Source: Chrysomallon squamiferum | Lineage: Eukaryota > Animalia > Mollusca | Reading direction: 5' to 3' | Length of the DNA stretch: 64,000 nt | Assembly (NCBI GenBank): GCA_012295275.1 | Contig: CM022670.1 | Coordinates: 36,332,001 to 36,396,000, forward strand | In this document: positions 29,075 through 41,749 of the stretch, one piece after another | Layout of the letters: each line of letters opens with the position of its first letter | Numbering within the stretch: the stretch's first letter is position 1 | Translations under genes and position numbers: made by a program | The notes under the pieces: model-generated | Told to the model about the DNA's origin: nothing | What the model saw: the letters and a program-made list of their open reading frames with translations, nothing else | Databases searched by the model: none

Positions 29075-29111
29075 TATTGGTTTATTTGTTTTATATTATT
29101 ATTATTATTTA
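28999..29111. repeat. AT-rich palindrome: 42-bp perfect inverted arms around an (AT)n core
   Basis: taaataataataataatataaaacaaataaaccaataataaa and its exact reverse complement flank (AT)n. Confidence 0.9.
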
Positions 29112-29940
29112 TATAAAATTTATATGAAATAAAATAAAAAATAAAAATATATAAAAATTTTAACTAAACTAAACTGAATCAAACTATTAATACTTTAAAA
29201 AATAAATAAATAAATAAATAAATAAAATTCATCTTCTAATAAACATTCAAACAAAATGTTTTTAATTGTTAATTAATCATTCAATTATGGAAAACATGAA
29301 AAATATTACATATGTGACTGCTTAATAATATAAAATATTTTATAACAAATTAATATATTCTCAAAAGAATGTCTCAGAAATAGCTTGTTATAGACATTCT
29401 TTCTTTTCAAAGATTGTGTACATTAAAAATTTGATAAATATCTAATTAATGACAGAAATATAAAAATTGTTATAATAAATAAAATCACATTTTTCTTTTT
29501 GAACAAATAGTTTATTAGCAAAAATATTATTTTAAAAAAAAAAAAAAAGCAATCAGCTTAAAATCAAAACATAAAAATAAAAAAGAGATCACAGTTAAAA
29601 CAAATATATAACTATCAAAAATATGTGAATTATCTATCTACCACACACTCACAAACACATTTTATAAAAGTGAACTTTGAGAAATAAAAACCTGAATTTA
29701 ATTTGTTTTATACAACAAGAAGCTCACAGAAAGACATACACATTTACAGACATAGCAATATAACATGGATGAATTCCTGACTGGTACAGTGTGTGGGCCT
29801 AAAAGGCTTACTGGGCATTTGAAATATTTGTGTAGGCATTTTAAAATCCTTACATGTTCAAAAGGAATCGGAGGAAAAAAAACTGATGTTAAACCAATAA
29901 ATCAGAAAAGAAACAAGGCATTGATATTTTTAACAAAGAC

Positions 29941-29975
<35 letters not shown>

Positions 29976-29997
29976 TAATAATAAAATAACAATACCA

Positions 29998-30035
<38 letters not shown>

Positions 30036-30339
30036 CATTATGATTATTATTATAGGACACTTATATAGCACCTAATTCCATGTTGAAAGTGTACAGTTTA
30101 TTATTTCCATTTCTCAGAATGTTTTCTTTCCAACATACACCTCAACTGTTTGGGTAGCATACACCCTATGATGACATATACTGGCACAAAGCATTTATTG
30201 TTAAATGAACCAGATTCACATGACCGCACTGTAGCTCCGTTGTCATCTATCAATTAAATGAACCAGATTCTCTGAAAAACTGCACAGTCGTTGTGATCTA
30301 AATAACAAATCCAAGACTAATAAAAAAACAGTAACGGTA

Positions 30340-30715
30340 ATAAAAAATAATAAAATAATAATAAAATAATAATAATAATAAAATAATAATAATAGTAATA
30401 ATAATAAAATATTAAAATAATAATAATAATAATAATGATAGTAATAATAGCAATAATGATAATGCTAATAATAATTTTAATAATAATAATGATCATAATA
30501 GTGATAATAGCAGTAATAATACTGATAATCTAATAATAATAACAATAATATAATAATAGTGATAATAGCAATAATAATAATAATAATATAATAATAGTGA
30601 TAATAGCAATACTAATAACAATAATATAATAATAGTGATAATAATAATAATAATAATAATGTAATAATAATAAATAATAATAATAATAATAATATAATAA
30701 AATAATAATAATAGC

Positions 30716-30793
<78 letters not shown>

Positions 30794-30794
30794 T
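30340..30794. repeat. (AAT)n compound microsatellite
   Basis: Direct inspection. Confidence 0.95.
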
Positions 30795-30879
30795 CACAAA
30801 AAGAGTATATAATAAAAAAAAAAATTATGCTTTGTCCTGAAGCATATAATAGTCAGTGGATGACTCAGATTTGCCTCCA

Positions 30880-30911
<32 letters not shown>

Positions 30912-31687
30912 TAGTAAAAATTAAATAACATTATAACCAATAGAAAAAGAAAATATTCAAGCACTAATTATGGAATTCAATGACTGTTAATTATAAATGG
31001 ATCTAATTTAACTTTTAACTTGCAGTACATCAGTTACTACATTTCTTGAAGAATAATAGTGCATTTAATAATGACTGTTCATGAGAAATATGCATCAAGA
31101 CGATTAAGCACAATATTTATCCACTCAATCACCAAAGATAACCACAGTTGATGAAATAATGTACAATCAAATTATCATTCCTGTCACACTAGTTATAATT
31201 AATACAAACATAATAATAATCTATGACATTTATTACCTTTGCATAGTGAAATAAAAAAAAAAAATTACAATACATAATATGAAGCTGGTATAATAAATAA
31301 ATGTAAATTAAAAAGGAAATAAAAACATTCTGCATATTAATGAATTAATGGCAGCCAGTTCTTTATTTATATTTCTTTATATCCACAGACTGCAAATTTA
31401 CAAAAACGGTTTTATGGCATAATTGTTTAGGCTTAGACTTTAAATAAATATCAGATTTTATTAAACTGATACAAAACATAATGAAATGCTTTTATGGAGT
31501 ATACAATGGAATGGACAAACTTGCAGTTCAGAAAAATTTGCTCATATCCAAACATGTTCTCTAGTAAAATACTTTCAAGAACTGAAAAAGTTTCACTTCG
31601 TTTTTTTTCATAAATCTATAAATTTACACTGTATCCTGCAATTTTAAGTAATTCTTGTGTACTAATATCACTGTCACCTACAACAAC

Positions 31688-31741
<54 letters not shown>

Positions 31742-31845
31742 TTAATTAACAGGTACATCATATGTGCACTCGAATGTAAGTTTTATGGATGGCATGATAC
31801 AGATTTTTAAAATAAAAAATTTGTCTCATTTACCTCATGCATGAC

Positions 31846-32443
<598 letters not shown>

Positions 32444-32476
32444 GTCCAGATATCAGCAGCATGAATGTCATATTAA

Positions 32477-33252
32477 CTACAGCTTAAATATATCAAACCA
32501 GTCAGCTTTAACAAGGTGAAACATACTCCTGTTCCTGAAATAAAGCACCATGTTTGCTGTCTGGTCATCATCAATTATACCCTTTTGCATCCATTCTTCC
32601 ACTAGCTTCACATGGAGTTCTTTATAGCGTCCCAGGATATTTTTACCACCTCCAAACACATTCCCTGCCAAAATATTGATGTTCTTTTTGTGCAAATCTG
32701 GCACATTTTCCCACACATCCACTGGTTGCAGCTCAAGTAACATTACCTTATCCTCAGGTCTGATGTTAGGCTTCCATACACCATCTTCAGGATAGACACC
32801 AGATTCACCATGACCATAACCACAGTCAATCCAGTAATAGTAGTCTGAATTAAAAGGATTGAGGCTAATTGCCTCCTGGACTAAATGAATTTTTGAAAGC
32901 TGGACAATATCATATTCTGGAACTGTTGCCTCGCAATGGTCGCCATTAGACAGCAGTTCGTTGTCTCGTTTGTATTCCGGACTCTTCATAATGGCCTCCA
33001 TTCTTGCTCTGTGTTTGTAGTAAGGAAGATCTCGCAGCTGGATTGGTAAAATTAACGTCCTGTTCTCCCTTCCTCGCCTCATCCACTCGACAAATGGTCG
33101 TCCCTTGGTCTCTATGAACACAACGAGGTTGACGTCAAGTTTTAACAGCTGAGACATAAACATCAGATAGTCATTGTATGTTCTTTTCTGAGCGCTCCAG
33201 TTTCCACGTCCTATGTCTATGAGCGATGTGACAACAGTGAAAGTATAGGAAC
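32477..33252 (-). CDS. HtrL/YibB-family putative glycosyltransferase, copy A, exon 2 (catalytic domain)
   Basis: TTTCAG acceptor, phase 1. Motifs TVVTSLIDIGRGNW..RTYNDYL, SKIHLVQEAI.LNPFNS..YWIDCGYGH, AGNVFGG and IDDDQT are typical of the HtrL_YibB family. About 315 aa with exon 1. Confidence 0.85.
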
Positions 33253-34174
33253 CTGAAATAAATAAATAAATAAATAAATTTTTATTTTAATATAAGATAA
33301 GATAAGATAAGATAAGATAAAATAAATAAATAAAACATTTTTGTCATTTTCTAAAAACTGTAATATTCAGTTTAACAAACCCTACACTGTTATAAAATTA
33401 TATTAAAATTACAGTATTGCAATATTATGATATTAAAAGTATTAAAATAATAATTTAATAATATTAAAAAAAAAAAAATTACAAATATTAAATTACAATA
33501 TTATAATATTCAAAAGATTAACATTATTAAAATTACAGTGTTACATTACAAATATTAAAATTATCACAACTGCAGTTTTACAATGTTATATTATTAAAAT
33601 CATTAAATTTACAGTGTTACAATATAAGTACCAGTCAATCGTATTAATTTAAAACATATGCAGTTAAATGAACTAGCACTGATAGACACCTTCGTTATTC
33701 TGTTAATTGAGGTCCTGTTCTGGTTTTTAACTCTTGAATGTTGTGTTGAAGGTAAAGAAAATAAATCTGAAGACCACACACACACACACGTACATCCATA
33801 CTTACACATACATACATAGGGACACACACACTCATAATTATAAGACATTATTCAATATACATGTATAATCGGATTACATTATTTTAAATATTTTATGCAA
33901 GTAATATTATCTTTCCATATACTGTATTTCTGTGATAGCTTTAGTATAAACTAATTATCAAATACAAGTCTTATTAGCTAAACAGTAACATTCAGTGAAA
34001 ATACTACAAGTCAAAATTGAATGTAATTAATATGCAAAATGACAGATAAGATGAATTACATTCCATTTTAAGTGTAAAATTCAATATGGATGTGTATAAA
34101 TAGTCTGAATTTATCACCAGAAAGATAAATAAATAAAATATCCATAAAGAAACACCACAAAAACAATGACAGAA

Positions 34175-34220
<46 letters not shown>

Positions 34221-34607
34221 ATATATACATATATATATATTCTTCAAAAATATATATATAAAAAAAAACAACAACAACAACAACAACAACAAAAAAAAAT
34301 TGAAATCAGTATACCAAAATAATTTAAAAGGTATTTTCAAACAACCATGAGATTAATTAAAAAAATATATATTTTTAAAAAATCCTGAAGGAATTTTTCC
34401 CAAAGATGCCAAGAAAAGAGTACAGTTAAGAAGACCATGGTTAGTACATACCCTTGTATTCATTTATTAATCATTGTGTGGAGATAACAGTTTTCCTCTC
34501 AAATATGATCTTTGTACAAGAAAGTATAAGTAACATTTAATAATGTTGCTCAGATAACTTGTATGTGTGTATATATAAATACCCCCCACACACACACGTA
34601 CATACAT

Positions 34608-34662
<55 letters not shown>

Positions 34663-36069
34663 TATGCACATGTTTCTATAGGGAGTCATTTTTCTCATAC
34701 CTAGGGGGTAAATTGTTTGATTCAGGATTTGTACATATTCTGGTTTATCTCTCTATCTGTTTATCCTTATTTTTAAAATATTGCTTAAATATGGTGAAAG
34801 GGTATATTTACTTCTGAAAGTGGAAAATGGAATAAAAAAATTAAGTTTCATACCAATTCGTTTTTGTATGTATTTCATTTAATTAATATGTTCTTCATTG
34901 TTAATGATATGCTCAATAAAAAGGGAACAAATCTGTTTAGTAAATAAATAAATAAACAAATTAATTAATAATGAATGAACATTTAAACACATAAATAAAT
35001 GAACAAGTAAACAAACAAACAAATAAATAAATTGATTAATTAATGAACAAATAAATAAGTAAATAAATAAATAAATTAATAAATAAAACAAACAAATTAA
35101 TTAATTAATATAATAAACAAATAAATAAATAAATAAATAATTAATGAACAAATAATTAATTAAATAAATAAATAAATAAATAAATGAATAAATTAATTAA
35201 TAAACAAACTAAATAAATAAATAAAATAAAATAAACAAATTAATTAATGAAATAATAATTAAATAAATAAATAAACAGGCAAACAAACAAAAGAAATTCA
35301 TTTTCCCAAAGATCTTCAAAATGACTAGATTAAAAACTCTGTGACATCTGATAACCTAACATGTGATAATATAAACACACTGATAAAATAAGTGATTTGC
35401 TATTTTTAAATAACATTCAGCAGATACAGTTTTATTGCCTTTGAAGGAGCAAGTAGAATGAAAATACAAAGCTTTCCACTTCTCTGGCTTTATAGTCAGA
35501 ATGCACAGTGCATTCAAGCATGCAGTGTCTCTTGGCAACAAGGAAAATAAATACAGATGACTGTTTGTGTGTCTAAATTTAGATAAAGTAATCATGCTTC
35601 TTTCCCAAAGGTCATTATTGGTGACTGACAATAACCTTGACCAGTGGAGAACTAAGGATTAATAGGACAACAAACTAGCACTGTGTAAGTGTGAAAAGAA
35701 TGCTAACAGTGAATGACAACAAAAATGGGACCATTAGAATATTGAATTACAACAGTAATAATCATCCTTAATCATTGCAGTAATTGTGTTGTATCTTTTA
35801 TCTTTTTTTTTTCTTTTAAATCATTCACCAAAATATTTGATTAATTATCAGTTCTGTACAAGCAGAAGTAATGAGCACGTTAAGAACATAAATGTATTTG
35901 CATATGATGTTTCTTAAATAACTTAAATCATGTAAACTTCAGGGTTACTTACACACAACACACAGACACATTCGTGTGCACATGCATAAACACACATAGA
36001 CATAAAAATAAACATTAAGATAAAAGATAACATGAAAATGTGGGTAAAATTAAATTGTAATAGCAATAA

Positions 36070-37175
36070 TAGTAGTAGTAGTAGGAGTGTAATAGATTTA
36101 ATAACATTGGTAGGAGGACTGTAACAGACTTAATAACAGTAGTCATAGCAGGATTGTAATAGAGTTAATAACAGTAGTAGCAGGAGGATTGTAATATACT
36201 TAATAACAGTAGTAATATCAGGATTGTAATAGAGATAATAACAGTAGTAGCAGGATTGTAATAGAGTCAATAACAGTAGTAGCAGGATTGTAATAGACTT
36301 AATAACAGTAGTAGGAGGATTGTAATAGAGTCAATAACAGTAGTAGCAGGATTGTAATAGAGTCAATAACAGTAGTAATATCAGGATTGTAATAGACTTA
36401 ATAACAGTAGTAGCAGGATTGTAATAGAGTCAATAACAGTAGTAGCAGGATTGTAATATACTTAATAACAGTAGTAATATCAGGATTGTAATAGACTTAA
36501 TAACAGTAGTAGCAGGATTGTAATAGACTTAATAACAGTTGTCATAGCAGGATTGTAATAGACTTAATAACAATAGTAGTAGGATTGTAATAGACTTAAT
36601 AACAGTTGTCATATCAGGATTGTAATAATAACAGTAGTAGTAGGAGGATTGTAATAGAGTTAATAATAGTAGTAGAAGGATTGTAATAGACTTAATACCA
36701 GTATTAGGAGGACTGTAATAGACTCAATAACAGGAGTAGCAGGATTGTATTAGACTTAATAACAGTAGTAGTAGGATTGTAATAGACTTAATAACAATAG
36801 TAGTAGGATTGTAATAGACTTAATAACAGTAGTAGTAGGATCCATAATAGACTTAATAACAGTAGTAGTAGGATTGTAATAGACTTAATAACAATAGTAG
36901 TAGTATTGTAATAGACTTAATAACAGTAGTAGTAGGATTGTAATAGACTTAATAACAGTAATAATAGGAGGATTGTAATAGACTCAATAACAGTTGTCAT
37001 AGCAGGATTGTAATAGACTTAATAACAGTAGTAGTAGGATTGTAATAGACTTAATAATAGTTGTCATATCAGGATTGTAATAGACTTAATAACTGTGGTA
37101 GTAGGAGGATTGTAATAGACTTAATAACTGTAGTTACAGTAGGATAGTAATCAAATTAGAAGTTGCAATAGTAGG
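36070..37175. repeat. Intronic minisatellite (~30-36 bp; GGATTGTAATAGACTTAATAACAGTAGTAGTA), copy A
   Basis: About 30 tandem units; the same repeat occurs in the introns of copies B and C. Confidence 0.95.
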
Positions 37176-37848
37176 ACTATTAGCCATTTAGCTCCTGGAG
37201 GTTCAAAAATAAATTTTCTATAGGGTATTTTTACTGAATTGTCATAGTGTTTTCAGTGGTTACTTCAAGGCCGAACTAACCACTTACGATCTCTAGATCT
37301 CATTAAAATCAATGATTCATAGCAATGCCATAACAGACTTCGATTAAAAATTGTAAACAAAAAAGCAAAGGAAAGAGGTTTAGTCACGGTTTTAGAATTA
37401 TTTTTGTAACAGAATGACATTCACGAAACGAAATTTATAAGCACTAATATTTATACTAGATCGTTTCTTGTATATATTTACAATTCTAATATTATTTTAG
37501 ATTCACTACTGGTAATAGCTGTTGCTGAATAGTTGAAGTAGCAGCAACAGCAGTAACAGTAGTAGCAATAGAATGGAGAGAAGCAGTAGACTTATTAACA
37601 CCTGTAATAGTAGGAGTAGCAGTATTATAACAACAAATAGAGATAGTAGTTGCATTAGTAATAGTAGTGGTAGCAGCAGTGGCAGTAGTAGTCAAGACGG
37701 GCCGAGAGATTAATTTGAATTAAATTTTATAAAACGAACAAATTATGCAACATGCAAATTAAAAAGAATAAGAATAGATTCTTAAAACATGATACTTCTT
37801 ACACGAAACGACTACAACCAAAAGAAAAGTACTACAACAACATCAACT

Positions 37849-37926
<78 letters not shown>

Positions 37927-38030
37927 TAATAAATAAATAAATAAAAATAATAATAAAAATAATAAGAATAATAAGAATAAGAATAAGAATAAGAATAAGA
38001 ATAAGAATAATCCCCAAAACAAATACTAAC

Positions 38031-38202
38031 CTCGTTCAGGTCCAAAACCATCCCAAAGGAATGGCGTACTGTAGTCAGAGCAGTATGAAAAACGATGGTA
38101 AATATTTTTCGAGTACAGAGCTACAGCTAAAACAAACACAATCCCGACCATGAACATCACTTTCGTGGTCAAAGTAAAACGTGAACGGTTAAACGAAATC
38201 AT
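38031..38202 (-). CDS. HtrL-like copy A, exon 1 (short tail, signal anchor, stem)
   Basis: MISFNRSRF...VMFMVGIVFVLAVALY...YSTPFLWDGFGPER; G|GTTAGT phase-1 donor fits exon 2. Confidence 0.8.
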
Positions 38203-39322
38203 TTTGAATATCCTTCTTCCCACCCGCTTGAAAACAAATACGTGTAGGTATGTGCATTTACAGATACCCGAATGAACTCGCCGTGATAGCACAACACCTT
38301 TTTTATTTTTTTATTTTTTTTATCACTGCTGTTTTGGATTTATTTTACGGCCTGTGTGGATGTTGATCGATCACCTGGTTCTTCAGAAAACCATCAAATA
38401 TCACGTGGACACGCTAAGAAAGATTTGGTTAAATCGGTGCGATGTAGAAATACTGAATCGCTACCAGTTGAGAGATTTCTAAAGAATACAATTGTCACGC
38501 TTTGACGAACGTCGGACAACGTGGACGTTTCGGCCGTTTCCAAGGTTTCAGAAAAACATCAGTGGACTCTTTCTCGTCGTGAATCGTAGTATTCTTTTTC
38601 TTTTCTTTTTAAATTATATATCTCTCTTTAACAGAAACTGTTCATTGATGCCCCTTTCCTATAAATAACTCTCGTCTACCGCTATCTATGTTATAAATTA
38701 CAGCGGTAATATTTTGTATGTTTAATAGTTTAAACGTCTCATGCTTTAGCTTAATGCTAATAATAATAAAATATAAATATAAATATTTAAATATAAATGC
38801 TATATATTATTATTGTTTGTTTAGCTTTTATACATAACTGTGTTGGTACGAACATATTCCCCCTTACCTATCCCAATTTTATTTTTTAAAATCCTGCGAA
38901 ATCACTCAGTAATAAAAGGGACTTTTGTATTTACAAACACTTGTGTGTGTGTTTGCCAATCGCTCCAATAATCCGTCTATGTTACTGCGTAATTTTATCT
39001 TTCACAGTCACGTTTTTCTCTTCATGAACAATCTTCGTCTAAGGTCTGTTATGAAACAAACAAACAAAAACAAATAAAAAACCCGAAAAGTATGAAACTT
39101 AGCTGCTATCATTTGATAGGACTGAAACATTAACTGTGTTGATATGCATTTGGTTCTCATATTTCGTATTTTTCTAGACTGAAATTCAATTCATTTTGAA
39201 AGTTATATCTTTCACAACATGGTTTGGACCTCTTTTTAGATATCAAAGATCCAACCGGCTTGACATCTGAATAACAAAAACCACTGATGCTGTCAACAAC
39301 AACAACAAAAACACCCAATCAA

Positions 39323-39377
<55 letters not shown>

Positions 39378-40929
39378 AAACAAAAAGAACAAACCACCAA
39401 TAGTAGAAATATACAATAAAATTAAAAAATAACTTTCAAAAAAATATATTGGTTGATATAAGCTTACGATTTCATTTTTTAAGTGAGAACAACAGAATGA
39501 CGATAACCATTCTAATATTTGAAAAATGTTCACAAAAACAATAAAAACAACGACTACAACAACAACAACAAAATTAAATAACAAAGGTGCAGCAGTACAT
39601 AATGTTATTTACTGAATTATATTTAAAACTATTTAAAACACGACTATATCCCATAAAAGTTCAAGTCTGGGAATTCAACTGAAAATACGATCAGTGTGAT
39701 AAAGATGTAATGTCGTTTTCCCACCTAGATTTGGTTGGGAACACGATCCGAAACCTACAAATTGTAATATAGATGTTTTGACGTGCCAAATTATTAGGAG
39801 TAATTGAATATGTCTACACTTTTGGTTGCTCCTGTGCATACCCAACATTAAATAAATTAATCTGGAAATATTTAGCTCGTGTATTTATTAAAAATTTAAA
39901 AAAAAGAAAAGAAAAAAAAGAAGATATTTTTATGAATGCAGAGCGCATTCAGTAGTCACGCAGTTTCCGACGGGTCACCGATTGTTAAATGTACTTAGAG
40001 CGGTAAATGTTATGTATATTACTCAAGCACTCGTTTGTTATCGCTATAATCATACAGCTTTGTGAATATTTTTATGTTCTGCTTCAGTGAGCAGCAATGT
40101 CTGTTTGGGCGAAATAAAACCTCTTTTATGTTATTACTGTTAATTATTAGTTGAAAATGCACGACTAATCTTAATGGTATTTAAGCACCAGGCATATGAT
40201 CAAACTTGTCTTTGGCATAACTATTTCTATCATAACTAAGTTGTATTTCATTTTATTTATAATTAAAGTGTTTTTAATGATCTATAAGACTTCGTCCCCC
40301 CTCTGATACAACTATTGTAACTATATTTTATATATCTAGCTGTCTGACCTCGATGACAGATTGTTAAGGACATTATCACAGCTGCTTACGGTAAAAGTGT
40401 TGTATAATTAATGATGCAGAATTGTAAATAATAGACAAACAGCGACTGAAAGAATCGATCGATTCGGATTAACTTGACTGGTCCCAAATTAACTTATTAC
40501 ATTAATAATATACTGGTGCGGTTAAAAGAAAAGACAAAAAAAAAACAAAAAAAAAACGTGATCAGAATGGCTAAATAAATTTTAAATAATATCAAATAAT
40601 AACTATTTTCTGTTGTGATTTTCAAAACCCATACTAACAATAATTATTTTGTTTTTCTTTCTTTTTCATTTTTTGTTTTGGCCTCTTAGATATCTTTTGT
40701 GTTTGTGTTGTTACTTTTTCTTTTAGTCGTAAATTCTGTTTAAAAGACCGTTAGCAATCAGACATGTAGGATGAATATATTTTTACTATTTATTTAAAAA
40801 TAATAATAATAATAATAAAAAAAATAATCTCTCCCAACCCCATCCAAAAAAAAAAAAAAATCCTACACATATTTAAGTAACCGTCTACAATAAAAACTAG
40901 ATTTTATAAGATAAACGTGACCTTGCGAT

Positions 40930-40960
<31 letters not shown>

Positions 40961-41749
40961 ATTATTTTTTTTTTATATATACACCATCTCGAATTGTACA
41001 TTAATGACGAAAGAACAAACAACATGCAGATATTCAGAAATTCAGTAAGGGCTTAAACTGCAAAGTTATCATGTCAGGTATTGTTTCCTGCACGGTCCGA
41101 ACTCTAAGAAAGGTGTTTTGATAAAAAGTACCAGTCGAGATTACGTAAAGCAAAACTTTTATACGTAACGCGACTGACTTTTCAGTTTTTAAAGTTTCAC
41201 AACTCAGTATAATTATATGCAATAAAGAGTTACTTCCCATTGCGCTTTTCGTCTTCTCTTTTGGAATTAAAGACGTATGCTTGAGTGATTCGTAACAAAA
41301 ATTAAATTACTGAGTTCCATTGTCAAAAAGGATCAAATTCAAACTGTGAACACGCACAATAATAAAGTAAAAAGAAATTACAGAATTAAAAATAATTCAT
41401 TTGACGTTTATCTAATGTTGTTTATCGATAATGTTATAAATAAATCATCCAAATTCTGTTTTTATAAAATTTACAAGTCAGCGTATCAATATTAAGGAGA
41501 TAAATATTTTAGAAAACATTTTCTAATGATTGTTGCACAATGCTTTTCTGTCTGATGAATTATTTGATGTAATAAAACAAACGGTGGATTTCATTCCTTA
41601 ATGACTAAAAAATAATAACTAAATACATTATAACCACTGCGATAAATTTGTAGTATCAGTAATACTCTCTATATTGATTGTGCATTAATTCACTGACAGT
41701 AACTACTGGATCAAAAAGGTTTTTTTTTTTTGTTTTTTTGTTGTTGTTT

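Noticed and set aside
36070-37175. Regular ~32-bp repeats resembling a CRISPR array
   Set aside because: Head-to-tail units with no unique spacers and no cas genes, in a eukaryotic intron
37492-37695. Thr/Ala-rich ORF in the intron, repeated at 43940-44170 and 51936-52139; considered as an optional mucin-like stem exon
   Set aside because: No suitable upstream acceptor, starts at TTG and derives from CTA/CTG low-complexity sequence; recurrence is explained by the segmental duplication
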